Of a stretch of 64,000 nucleotides of DNA, positions 28,601-42,619 are shown one piece after another. Source of the DNA: Haplodiscus bocki (lineage: Eukaryota); NCBI GenBank assembly GCA_965655095.1, contig OZ296649.1:13268001-13332000 (forward strand), in the 5' to 3' direction. Position 1 is the first letter of the stretch; every line of letters begins with the position of its first letter. The notes under the pieces were generated by a model that ran no database searches, was not told the origin of the DNA, and saw only the letters and a list, made by a program, of their open reading frames with translations. The translations under genes and the position numbers were made by a program.

Positions 28601-30499
28601 ATTTATATTTGAAAGTTCAAAAAGTTGCAACGAGTTTTGATTAAACTAATTTATTTTAGAGGCAGTACATTATCCAAAGCCATTCTTGAGCAATTTGCTT
28701 CTTTTTTTTCCACATTAGAATTTATTGATCAAACATAAACATAAAACAACCTTCAACACCAAAAGGTTTTAGAACATCTAAACCCCTTTTCTTTCTTCAT
28801 CACTCACTTTACGATTCCATCTCAGTTTCAAGTTAGAAACAAAATGAAGAAACCGCTGCGTGCGGTACTGTGTTATTTCTTTCGACTCTTTGAAATTCAA
28901 AAGCCAATAACAAAAAAAGCTGATTTGATACCTTTTTGAGTTCAAACTCTAATCCTATGGTGTTTCTGACATTTTTGTTGATTTTAGAACTTTGATTTTA
29001 ACTTTATTTCTTATCCTTTAGAGGCTGTTTTTCTTTGAACTACAATATGGTTTTCTGTATACAAATAAACAACCATTTCTACATTTCGAATATTTAGCTA
29101 CTTTTTTTTGAGCTTCTGCTAAACACCATCACGATCCACAGAATCACACAAGACATGATTTCCAGGAAAGCAATAGATTTGATTTCTTTGCTGTTTTGTC
29201 AAACTTTCTATGTATTTGTATATCTAATGTTTTCCACTGAGATAAGATACACATTCCACAATACAAGTTTTAGCGATTGGTTTAAAACCCTGCACACAAT
29301 AAATACCTGTAACACTAGTCTGTTAATCTGATTTTTAGCCATATTCATTTTGATTAACTTCCTCGAAAGCTGCTTCGTCATGAAGTAAATTGCAATGAAT
29401 TTTTTTCAAAGTTTATTTCCATTGGATTTAGCTACGTCTCATGATGATTGATGTGTCCAAATTTGTGTTTTTATATCGTGTCTTCCACATTGTTTTTTCG
29501 TTCTACCAATGATTGCATTACGTCCAATTCAATCTTTCACTTATTATGTGAGTTCATACGTTTTCACACTGGCACTTCAAAAAAACTCTGCATCTGCATT
29601 TTCAAGAAAAAATCCAACGTTGAAAACAACTTCAAATTTTTTCTTTTATATGCTCTTTGAAATGATTTTTCATCAACATCAAGAAGATGAACATCGGACA
29701 TTTTTTCTTCAATTTGGTTTTCCTATGCAGATTGTTCTCTTTTGTCAATTTGTTGTTCTTGAATTAGTTTTTTAAGTTGTTGGTTTCTGAAATTCGTCGA
29801 GAAAACGTTTAGACTCGTTTTTGCGGCTTTTTCTTCAAGGTCAAATGCCTTTTTAGGGAATTCATGTTCATTTCAGTAAATTTCATTACTTTGGCTTCAA
29901 CTTGTTTGTGTCCAGGAAGTATTACTTCGGGTGAGATAATTTTTTATTTAAAGCACGGCAATCAATTTTATTTGAAACTTTGAACATCAGCTGATCTAGG
30001 TAATTAATCAATTTTACCTTCTCAAATTACAGATGCAAAATCCATTTTAGTATAAATTGATTCACATTCAACCATCGCACTCTGTTGTGAGCTTTTAGCA
30101 TCATAAACCGTTACCCAGTCATCTCTTTGAGATGGGTTGGCTTCGCCAATGTCTAGTTTTGAAACAACTTTTTTTTCCGCTTCAGGCAACTCACTTTTTT
30201 TCTCATTGACTTTTTTGTCTGACTCTTCCGGGAAGTTAGTGTCTACTCATCGATCATTTTTTGATAATCTTACTCTTACATTTTTGCACAGTTTTGTAAA
30301 CAAGACATAACTATCAAGAAAAAAAAAGTAAATCTTTTTTTAGTTTACATTCCTGCTCAAGGCTTTTCAAAATAATTTGAGCCAGAGAAGGTCCAAAATT
30401 TTAATCGACTGGTCCATCTTCATAAGCGTCAATAGGTCGACCAACAAAAGCTCCAAATACTTATGAAAAAAATACCATAAACATCCTCTACGTTACCAG

Positions 30500-33400
30500 T
30501 GCTTCTTTCCTTAATAGAAAAATCCGTCCTAAAGAAGATACTTAAAAAAATTTTTCCCCCGCAAAGTTACCATGTCTTGCATGTTCTTCTAAGTCTAGGG
30601 TGTAACTCCGCCAAGGTTGATACGTTCAATGCTTCTTAAAGCTGCCAATCAAATCGTTTTTTTCATCAACAGTTTTCTTTACATATCTTCATGCCTTTCA
30701 TTGTTTTTTAAAAACTGATCCTGTAATTGAAAAGTTTCCCAAAATTCTGAGTGGTCCTTTCGTTTTTTTCAAGCTACGACAAAATGAAAAAAGTTGCAGA
30801 CATTTTTCGGATAAATTTTCAAATTTTGAATTAGATTCAATACCAGTATTTACTTTCGAAACGAAAAGACCTTTACCGGCAGGAATTTTTTCTGAAATGT
30901 CTTGTCAAAGTAGTAAATGATTTATATTCGAAAGTTCAAAAAGTTGCAGCGAGTTTTGAGCAAACTAAATTTTTTCAGAAGCAGTACAATTTCCAATGCC
31001 AATTTTGAACATTTTGTTTCCTTTTTTTCACATTAGAACTTAATGATCAAACATAAACATCAAACAACATTCAACATCAAAAGGTTTTAGAACATCTAAA
31101 ACCCTTTTATTTCCCCATCACTTATTTTACGATTCCATCTCAATTTCAATTTAGAAACAAAATGAAGAAACCGCTGCGTGCGGTACTGTGTTATTTCTTT
31201 CGACTGTTTGAAATTCAAAAGCCAATAACAAAAAAGCTGATTTGATATCCTTTTGAGTTCAAACTCTAATCCTGTGGTGTTTCTGACGTTTTTATTGATT
31301 TTAGAACTATGATTTTAACTTGAATTTTTGACCTTTTGTGGCTGTTTTTCTTTGGACTACTACTGGGTTTTCTGTATACAAATAAACATCCATTCCCATA
31401 TTTCAAACAAAAAGCTACGTTTTTTGAGGTTTTACTCAACACAACCACGATCAACAGAATTACACAAGACATGATATCCGGCAAAACAAAACATTTGATT
31501 TCTATGCTCAATTGTCAAACTTTCTAGGTATTTGTATATCTAATGTTTTCTATGAGATGAAATACACATTCCACAATACAAGTTTTGGCGATTGGACTTT
31601 AACCTTTCACACAATAAATATCTGTAACACTAGTCTGTTAATCTGATTTTTAGCCATATTCATTTTGAAAAATTTCTTCGAAATCTGCTTCGTCATGAAG
31701 TAAATTGCAATGAATTTTTTTCAAAGTTTGTTTCCATTGGATTTAGCTATGTCTCATGATGATTGATGTGTCCAAATTTGTGTTTTTATCGTGTCTTCCA
31801 CCTTGTTTGTTCGTTCTACCAATGATTGCATTACGTCCAATTCAATCTTTCACTTATTATGTGAGTTCATAAGTTTTCACACTGGCACTTCAAAAAAACT
31901 CTGCACCTGCACTTTCAAGAAAAAATCCAACGTTGAAGACAACTTCAAGTTTTTTCTTTTGTTTGCTCTTTGAATTGATTTTCCAACAACATCAAGAAGA
32001 TGAACATCGGATATTTTTTCTTCAATTTGTTTTTCCTATGCAGATTGTTCTCTTTTGTCCATTTTTGTTCTTGAATTAGTTTTTTAAGTTGTTGGTTTCT
32101 GAAATTCGTCGAGAAAACGTTTAGACTCGTTTTTGCGGCTTTTTCTTCAAGGTCAAATGCCTTTTTAAGGAATTCATGTTCATTTCAGTAAATTTCATTA
32201 CTTTGGCTTCAACTTGTTTGTGTCGAGGAAGTATTACTTCGGGTGACATAATTTTTTAACTAAAGAACGGCAATCATTTTTATTTGAAACTTTGAACATC
32301 AGCTGATCTAGGTAAATAATCAATTATACCTTCTCAAATTACAGATGCAAAATCCATTTTAGTGTGAATTGATTCACAATCAACCATCGCACTCTGATGT
32401 GAGCTTTTAGCATCATAAACCGTTACCCAGTCATCTCTTCGAGATGGGTTGGCTTCGCCAATGTCTAGTTTTGAGTCAACTTTTTTTCCGCTTCAAGCAA
32501 CTCACATTTTTTCTCATTTACTCTTTTGGCTGACTCTTCCGGAAAGTTAGTGTCTACTCATTGATCATTCTTTGATAATCTTACTCTTACATTTTTGCAC
32601 AGTTTTGTAAAAAAGACATAACTATCAAGAATAAAAAAAGTAAATCTTTTTTTATTTTACTTTCCTGCTCAAGGCTTTTCAAAGTAATTTGAGCCAGAGA
32701 AGGTCCAAAAATTTGATCGACTGGTCCATCTTCATAAGCGTCAATAGGTCGACCAACAAAAGCTCCAAACACTTATGAAAAAAATACCATGAACATCCTC
32801 TGCGTTACCAGTGCTTCTTTCCTTAATAGAAAAATCCGTCCTAAAGAAGATACTTAAAAAAATTTTTCCCCCGCAAAGTTACCATGTCTTGCATGTTCTT
32901 CTAAGTCTAGGGTGTAACTCCGCCAAGGTTGATACGTTCAATGCTTCTTAAAGCTGCCAATCAAATCGTTTTTTTCATCAACAGTTTTCTTTACATATCT
33001 TCATGCCTTTAATTGTTTTTTAAAAACTGATCCTGTAATTGAAAAGTTTCTCCCAAAATTTTGAGTGGTTTTCTCGTTTTAAACATGCAACGACAAAATG
33101 AAATAAGTTGCAGACATTTTTCGGATAATTTTTCAAATTTTGAATTACATTCAAAACCAGTATTTACTTTCGAAACGAAAAGACCTTTACCAGCAGGAAT
33201 TTTTTCTGAAATGTCTTGTCAAAGTAGTAAATGTTTTATATTCGAAAGTTCAAAAAGTTGCAGCGAGTTTTGAGCAAACTAAACTTTTTCAGAAGCAGTA
33301 CAACTTCCAATGCCAATTTTGAACGTTTTGTTTCCTTTTTTCCACATTAGAACTTAATGATCAAACATAAACATCAAACAACCTCCAACATCAAAAGGTT

Positions 33401-36400
33401 TTAGAACATCTAAACCTCTTTTTCTTTCCTCATCACTCATTTTACGATTCCATCTCAATTTCAATTTAGAAACAAAATGAAGAAACCGCTGCATGCGGTA
33501 CTGTGTTATTTCTTTCGACTGCTTGAAATTCAAAAGCCATTAACAAAAAAAGCTGATTTGATATCCTTTTGAGTTCAAACTCTAATCCTGTGGTGTTTCT
33601 GACGTTTTTATTGGTTTTAGAACTATGATTTTAACTTGAATTTTTGACCTTTTGTGGCTGTTTTTCTTTGGACTACTACTGGGTTTTCTGTATACAAATA
33701 AACATCCATTCCCATATTTCGAACAAAAAGCTACTTTTTTTGAGGTTTTACTCAACACAATCACGATCAACAGAATTACACAAGACATGACTTCCGGCAA
33801 AACAAAACATTTGATTTCTCTGCTCAATTGTCAAACTTTCTAGGTATTTGTATATCTAATGTTTTCCACTGAGATGAAATACACATTCCACAATACAAGT
33901 TTTGGCGATTGGTTTTTAACCCTCCACACAATAAATATCTGTAACACTAGTCTGTTAATCTGAATTTTAGCCATATTCATTTTGAAAAATTTCTTCGAAA
34001 GCTGCTTCGTCATGAAGTAAATTGCAATGAATTATGTCAAAAGTTACTTCCATTGGATTTAGTTACGTCTCATGATGATCGATGTGTCCAAATTTGTGTT
34101 TTTATCGTGTCTTCCACATTGTTTGTTCGTTCTACCAACGATTGCGATACGTCCAATTCCATCTTTCACTTGTTATGTGAGTTCATAAACTTTCATACTG
34201 GCACTTCAAAAAAACTCTGAATCTGCACTTTCAAGAAAAAATCCAACGTTGAAAACAACTTCAAGTTTTTTCTTTTATATGCTCTTTGAATTGATTTTCC
34301 AACAACATCAAGAAGATGAACATCGGATATTTTTTCTTCAATTTGTTTTTCCTATGCAGATTGTTCTCTTTTGTCCATTTTTGTTCTTGAATTAGTTTTT
34401 TAAGTTGTTGGTTTCTGAAATTCGTCGAGAAAACGTTTAGACTCGTTTTTGCGGCTTTTTCTTCAAGGTCAAATGCCTTTTTAAGGAATTCATGTTCATT
34501 TCAGTAAATTTCATTACTTTGGCTTCAACTTGTTTGTGTCGAGGAAGTATTACTTCGGGTGACATAATTTTTTAACTAAAGAACGGCAATCATTTTTATT
34601 TGAAACTTTGAACATCAGCTGATCTAGGTAAATAATCAATTATACCTTCTCAAATTACAGATGCAAAATCCATTTTAGTGTGAATTGATTCACAATCAAC
34701 CATCGCACTCTGATGTGAGCTTTTAGCATCATAAACCGTTACCCAGTCATCTCTTCGAGATGGGTTGGCTTCGCCAATGTCTAGTTTTGAGTCAACTTTT
34801 TTTCCGCTTCAAGCAACTCACTTTTTTTCTCATTTACTCTTTTGGCTGACTCTTCCGGAAAGTTAGTGTCTACTCATTGATCATTCTTTGATAATCTTAC
34901 TCTTACATTTTTGCACAGTTTTGTAAAAAAGACATAACTATCAAGAATAAAAAAAGTAAATCTTTTTTTATTTTACTTTCCTGCTCAAGGCTTTTCAAAG
35001 TAATTTGAGCCAGAGAAGGTCCAAAAATTTGATCGACTGGTCCATCTTCATAAGCGTCAATAGGTCGACCAACAAAAGCTCCAAACACTTATGAAAAAAA
35101 TACCATGAACATCCTCTGCGTTACCAGTGCTTCTTTCCTTAATAGAAAAATCCGTCCTAAAGAAGATACTTAAAAAAATTTTTCCCCCGCAAAGTTACCA
35201 TGTCTTGCATGTTCTTCTAAGTCTAGGGTGTAACTCCGCCAAGGTTGATACGTTCAATGCTTCTTAAAGCTGCCAATCAAATCGTTTTTTTCATCAACAG
35301 TTTTCTTTACATATCTTCATGCCTTTAATTGTTTTTTAAAAACTGATCCTGTAATTGAAAAGTTTCTCCCAAAATTTTGAGTGGTTTTCTCGTTTTAAAC
35401 ATGCAACGACAAAATGAAATAAGTTGCAGACATTTTTCGGATAATTTTTCAAATTTTGAATTACATTCAAAACCAGTATTTACTTTCGAAACGAAAAGAC
35501 CTTTACCAGCAGGAATTTTTTCTGAAATGTCTTGTCAAAGTAGTAAATGTTTTATATTCGAAAGTTCAAAAAGTTGCAGCGAGTTTTGAGCAAACTAAAC
35601 TTTTTCAGAAGCAGTACAACTTCCAATGCCAATTTTGAACGTTTTGTTTCCTTTTTTCCACATTAGAACTTAATGATCAAACATAAACATCAAACAACCT
35701 CCAACATCAAAAGGTTTTAGAACATCTAAACCTCTTTTTCTTTCCTCATCACTCATTTTACGATTCCATCTCAATTTCAATTTAGAAACAAAATGAAGAA
35801 ACCGCTGCATGCGGTACTGTGTTATTTCTTTCGACTGCTTGAAATTCAAAAGCCATTAACAAAAAAAGCTGATTTGATATCCTTTTGAGTTCAAACTCTA
35901 ATCCTGTGGTGTTTCTGACGTTTTTATTGGTTTTAGAACTATGATTTTAACTTGAATTTTTGACCTTTTGTGGCTGTTTTTCTTTGGACTACTACTGGGT
36001 TTTCTGTATACAAATAAACATCCATTCCCATATTTCGAACAAAAAGCTACTTTTTTTGAGGTTTTACTCAACACAATCACGATCAACAGAATTACACAAG
36101 ACATGACTTCCGGCAAAACAAAACATTTGATTTCTCTGCTCAATTGTCAAACTTTCTAGGTATTTGTATATCTAATGTTTTCCACTGAGATGAAATACAC
36201 ATTCCACAATACAAGTTTTGGCGATTGGTTTTTAACCCTCCACACAATAAATATCTGTAACACTAGTCTGTTAATCTGAATTTTAGCCATATTCATTTTG
36301 AAAAATTTCTTCGAAAGCTGCTTCGTCATGAAGTAAATTGCAATGAATTATGTCAAAAGTTACTTCCATTGGATTTAGTTACGTCTCATGATGATCGATG

Positions 36401-39400
36401 TGTCCAAATTTGTGTTTTTATCGTGTCTTCCACATTGTTTGTTCGTTCTACCAACGATTGCGATACGTCCAATTCCATCTTTCACTTGTTATGTGAGTTC
36501 ATAAACTTTCATACTGGCACTTCAAAAAAACTCTGAATCTGCACTTTCAAGAAAAAATCCAACGTTGAAAACAACTTCAAGTTTTTTCTTTTATATGCTC
36601 TTTGAATTGATTTTCCAACAACATCAAGAAGATGAACATCGGATATTTTTTCTTCAATTTGTTTTTCCTATGCAGATTGTTCTCTTTTGTCCATTTTTGT
36701 TCTTGAATTAGTTTTTTAAGTTGTTGGTTTCTGAAATTCGTCGAGAAAACGTTTAGACTCGTTTTTGCGGCTTTTTCTTCAAGGTCAAATGCCTTTTTAA
36801 GGAATTCATGTTCATTTCAGTAAATTTCATTACTTTGGCTTCAACTTGTTTGTGTCGAGGAAGTATTACTTCGGGTGACATAATTTTTTAACTAAAGAAC
36901 GGCAATCATTTTTATTTGAAACTTTGAACATCAGCTGATCTAGGTAAATAATCAATTATACCTTCTCAAATTACAGATGCAAAATCCATTTTAGTGTGAA
37001 TTGATTCACAATCAACCATCGCACTCTGATGTGAGCTTTTAGCATCATAAACCGTTACCCAGTCATCTCTTCGAGATGGGTTGGCTTCGCCAATGTCTAG
37101 TTTTGAGTCAACTTTTTTTCCCGCTTCAAGCAACTCACTTTTTTTCTCATTTACTCTTTTGTCTGACTCTTCCAGAAAGTTAGTGTCTACTCATTGATCA
37201 TTCTTTGATAATCTTACTCTTACATTTTTGCACAGTTTTGTAAAAAAGACATAACTATCAAGAATAAAAAAAGTAAATCTTTTTTTATTTTACTTTCCTG
37301 CTCAAGGCTTTTCAAAGTAATTTGAGCCAGAGAAGGTCCAAAAATTTGATCGACTGGTCCATCTTCATAAGCGTCAATAGGTCGACCAACAAAAGCTCCA
37401 AACACTTATGAAAAAAATACCATGAACATCCTCTGCGTTACCAGTGCTTCTTTCCTTAATAGAAAAATCCGTCCTAAAGAAGATACTTAAAAAAATTTTC
37501 CCCCGCAAAGTTACCATGTCTTGCATGTTCTTCTAAGTCTAGGGTGTAACTCCGCCAAGGTTGATACGTTCAATGCTTCTTAAAGCTGCCAATCAAATCG
37601 TTTTTTTCATCAACAGTTTTCTTTACATATCTTCATGCCTTTCATTGTTTTTTAAAAACTGATCCTGTAATTGAAAAGTTTCCCAAAATTCTGAGTGGTC
37701 CTTTCGTTTTTTTCAAGCTACGACAAAATGAAAAAAGTTGCAGACATTTTTCGGATAAATTTTCAAATTTTGAATTAGATTCAATACCAGTATTTACTTT
37801 CGAAACGAAAAGACCTTTACCGGCAGGAATTTTTTCTGAGATGTCTTGTCAAAGTAGTAAATGATTTATATTCGAAAGTTCAAAAAGTTGCAGCGAGTTT
37901 TGAGCAAACTAAATTTTTTCAGAAGCAGTACAATTTCCAATGCCAATTTTGAACATTTTGTTTCCTTTTTTTCACATTAGAACTTAATGATCAAACATAA
38001 ACATCAAACAACATTCAACATCAAAAGGTTTTAGAACATCTAAACCCCTTTTCTTTCCCCATCACTTATTTTACGATTCCATCTCAATTTCAATTTAGAA
38101 ACAAAATGAAGAAACCGCTGCGTGCGGTACTGTGTTATTTCTTTCGACTGTTTGAAATTCAAAAGCCAATAACAAAAAAGCTGATTTGATATCCTTTTGA
38201 GTTCAAACTCTAATCCTGTGGTGTTTCTGACGTTTTTATTGATTTTAGAACTATGATTTTAACTTGAATTTTTGACCTTTTGTGGCTGTTTTTCTTTGGA
38301 CTACTACTGGGTTTTCTGTATACAAATAAACATCCATTCCCATATTTCAAACAAAAAGCTACGTTTTTTGAGGTTTTACTCAACACAACCACGATCAACA
38401 GAATTACACAAGACATGATATCCGGCAAAACAAAACATTTGATTTCTATGCTCAATTGTCAAACTTTCTAGGTATTTGTATATCTAATGTTTTCTATGAG
38501 ATGAAATACACATTCCACAATACAAGTTTTGGCGATTGGACTTTAACCTTTCACACAATAAATATCTGTAACACTAGTCTGTTAATCTGATTTTTAGCCA
38601 TATTCATTTTGAAAAATTTCTTCGAAATCTGCTTCGTCATGAAGTAAATTGCAATGAATTTTTTTCAAAGTTTGTTTCCATTGGATTTAGCTATGTCTCA
38701 TGATGATTGATGTGTCCAAATTTGTGTTTTTATCGTGTCTTCCACCTTGTTTGTTCGTTCTACCAATGATTGCATTACGTCCAATTCAATCTTTCACTTA
38801 TTATGTGAGTTCATAAGTTTTCACACTGGCACTTCAAAAAAACTCTGCACCTGCACTTTCAAGAAAAAATCCAACGTTGAAGACAACTTCAAGTTTTTTC
38901 TTTTGTTTGCTCTTTGAATTGATTTTCCAACAACATCAAGAAGATGAACATCGGATATTTTTTCTTCAATTTGTTTTTCCTATGCAGATTGTTCTCTTTT
39001 GTCCATTTTTGTTCTTGAATTAGTTTTTTAAGTTGTTGGTTTCTGAAATTCGTCGAGAAAACGTTTAGACTCGTTTTTGCGGCTTTTTCTTCAAGGTCAA
39101 ATGCCTTTTTAAGGAATTCATGTTCATTTCAGTAAATTTCATTACTTTGGCTTCAACTTGTTTGTGTCGAGGAAGTATTACTTCGGGTGACATAATTTTT
39201 TAACTAAAGAACGGCAATCATTTTTATTTGAAACTTTGAACATCAGCTGATCTAGGTAAATAATCAATTATACCTTCTCAAATTACAGATGCAAAATCCA
39301 TTTTAGTGTGAATTGATTCACAATCAACCATCGCACTCTGATGTGAGCTTTTAGCATCATAAACCGTTACCCAGTCATCTCTTCGAGATGGGTTGGCTTC

Positions 39401-42400
39401 GCCAATGTCTAGTTTTGAGTCAACTTTTTTTCCGCTTCAAGCAACTCACTTTTTTTCTCATTTACTCTTTTGGCTGACTCTTCCGGAAAGTTAGTGTCTA
39501 CTCATTGATCATTCTTTGATAATCTTACTCTTACATTTTTGCACAGTTTTGTAAAAAAGACATAACTATCAAGAATAAAAAAAGTAAATCTTTTTTTATT
39601 TTACTTTCCTGCTCAAGGCTTTTCAAAGTAATTTGAGCCAGAGAAGGTCCAAAAATTTGATCGACTGGTCCATCTTCATAAGCGTCAATAGGTCGACCAA
39701 CAAAAGCTCCAAACACTTATGAAAAAAATACCATGAACATCCTCTGCGTTACCAGTGCTTCTTTCCTTAATAGAAAAATCCGTCCTAAAGAAGATACTTA
39801 AAAAAAATTTTCCCCCGCAAAGTTACCATGTCTTGCATGTTCTTCTAAGTCTAGGGTGTAACTCCGCCAAGGTTGATACGTTCAATGCTTCTTAAAGCTG
39901 CCAATCAAATCGTTTTTTTCATCAACAGTTTTCTTTACATATCTTCATGCCTTTAATTGTTTTTTAAAAACTGATCCTGTAATTGAAAAGTTTCTCCCAA
40001 AATTTTGAGTGGTTTTCTCGTTTTAAACATGCAACGACAAAATGAAATAAGTTGCAGACATTTTTCGGATAATTTTTCAAATTTTGAATTACATTCAAAA
40101 CCAGTATTTACTTTCGAAACGAAAAGACCTTTACCAGCAGGAATTTTTTCTGAAATGTCTTGTCAAAGTAGTAAATGTTTTATATTCGAAAGTTCAAAAA
40201 GTTGCAGCGAGTTTTGAGCAAACTAAACTTTTTCAGAAGCAGTACAACTTCCAATGCCAATTTTGAACGTTTTGTTTCCTTTTTTCCACATTAGAACTTA
40301 ATGATCAAACATAAACATCAAACAACCTCCAACATCAAAAGGTTTTAGAACATCTAAACCTCTTTTTCTTTCCTCATCACTCATTTTACGATTCCATCTC
40401 AATTTCAATTTAGAAACAAAATGAAGAAACCGCTGCATGCGGTACTGTGTTATTTCTTTCGACTGCTTGAAATTCAAAAGCCATTAACAAAAAAAGCTGA
40501 TTTGATATCCTTTTGAGTTCAAACTCTAATCCTGTGGTGTTTCTGACGTTTTTATTGGTTTTAGAACTATGATTTTAACTTGAATTTTTGACCTTTTGTG
40601 GCTGTTTTTCTTTGGACTACTACTGGGTTTTCTGTATACAAATAAACATCCATTCCCATATTTCGAACAAAAAGCTACTTTTTTTGAGGTTTTACTCAAC
40701 ACAATCACGATCAACAGAATTACACAAGACATGACTTCCGGCAAAACAAAACATTTGATTTCTCTGCTCAATTGTCAAACTTTCTAGGTATTTGTATATC
40801 TAATGTTTTCCACTGAGATGAAATACACATTCCACAATACAAGTTTTGGCGATTGGTTTTTAACCCTCCACACAATAAATATCTGTAACACTAGTCTGTT
40901 AATCTGAATTTTAGCCATATTCATTTTGAAAAATTTCTTCGAAAGCTGCTTCGTCATGAAGTAAATTGCAATGAATTATGTCAAAAGTTACTTCCATTGG
41001 ATTTAGTTACGTCTCATGATGATCGATGTGTCCAAATTTGTGTTTTTATCGTGTCTTCCACATTGTTTGTTCGTTCTACCAACGATTGCGATACGTCCAA
41101 TTCCATCTTTCACTTGTTATGTGAGTTCATAAACTTTCATACTGGCACTTCAAAAAAACTCTGAATCTGCACTTTCAAGAAAAAATCCAACGTTGAAAAC
41201 AACTTCAAGTTTTTTCTTTTATATGCTCTTTGAATTGATTTTCCAACAACATCAAGAAGATGAACATCGGATATTTTTTCTTCAATTTGTTTTTCCTATG
41301 CAGATTGTTCTCTTTTGTCCATTTTTGTTCTTGAATTAGTTTTTTAAGTTGTTGGTTTCTGAAATTCGTCGAGAAAACGTTTAGACTCGTTTTTGCGGCT
41401 TTTTCTTCAAGGTCAAATGCCTTTTTAAGGAATTCATGTTCATTTCAGTAAATTTCATTACTTTGGCTTCAACTTGTTTGTGTCGAGGAAGTATTACTTC
41501 GGGTGACATAATTTTTTAACTAAAGAACGGCAATCATTTTTATTTGAAACTTTGAACATCAGCTGATCTAGGTAAATAATCAATTATACCTTCTCAAATT
41601 ACAGATGCAAAATCCATTTTAGTGTGAATTGATTCACAATCAACCATCGCACTCTGATGTGAGCTTTTAGCATCATAAACCGTTACCCAGTCATCTCTTC
41701 GAGATTGGTTGGCTTCGCCAATGTCTAGTTTTGAGTCAACTTTTTTTCCGCTTCAAGCAACTCACTTTTTTTCTCATTTACTCTTTTGGCTGACTCTTCC
41801 GGAAAGTTAGTGTCTACTCATTGATCATTCTTTGATAATCTTACTCTTACATTTTTGCACAGTTTTGTAAAAAAGACATAACTATCAAGAATAAAAAAAG
41901 TAAATCTTTTTTTATTTTACTTTCCTGCTCAAGGCTTTTCAAAGTAATTTGAGCCAGAGAAGGTCCAAAAATTTGATCGACTGGTCCATCTTCATAAGCG
42001 TCAATAGGTCGACCAACAAAAGCTCCAAACACTTATGAAAAAAATACCATGAACATCCTCTGCGTTACCAGTGCTTCTTTCCTTAATAGAAAAATCCGTC
42101 CTAAAGAAGATATTTAAAAAAATTTTTCCCCCGCAAAGTTACCATGTCTTGCATGTTCTTCTAAGTCTAGGGTGTAACTCCGCCAAGGTTGATACGTTCA
42201 ATGCTTCTTAAAGCTGCCAATCAAATCGTTTTTTTCATCAACAGTTTTCTTTACATATCTTCATGCCTTTAATTGTTTTTTAAAAACTGATCCTGTAATT
42301 GAAAAGTTTCTCCCAAAATTTTGAGTGGTTTTCTCGTTTTAAACATGCAACGACAAAATGAAATAAGTTGCAGACATTTTTCGGATAATTTTTCAAATTT

Positions 42401-42610
42401 TGAATTACATTCAAAACCAGTATTTACTTTCGAAACGAAAAGACCTTTACCAGCAGGAATTTTTTCTGAAATGTCTTGTCAAAGTAGTAAATGTTTTATA
42501 TTCGAAAGTTCAAAAAGTTGCAGCGAGTTTTGAGCAAACTAAACTTTTTCAGAAGCAGTACAACTTCCAATGCCAATTTTGAACGTTTTGTTTCCTTTTT
42601 TCCACATTAG
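30500..42610. repeat. Higher-order block 2: trimer period 6944 bp (X-Y-Y, X-Y-partial Y), very homogeneous
   Basis: Identical ORFs 31266/38210, 31791/38735, 33582/35898/40526, 33061/35377/40005/42321. Diagnostic ATGCCTTTCATTG at 30691 and 37635. Confidence 0.92.
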
Positions 42611-42619
42611 ACTTTAATG

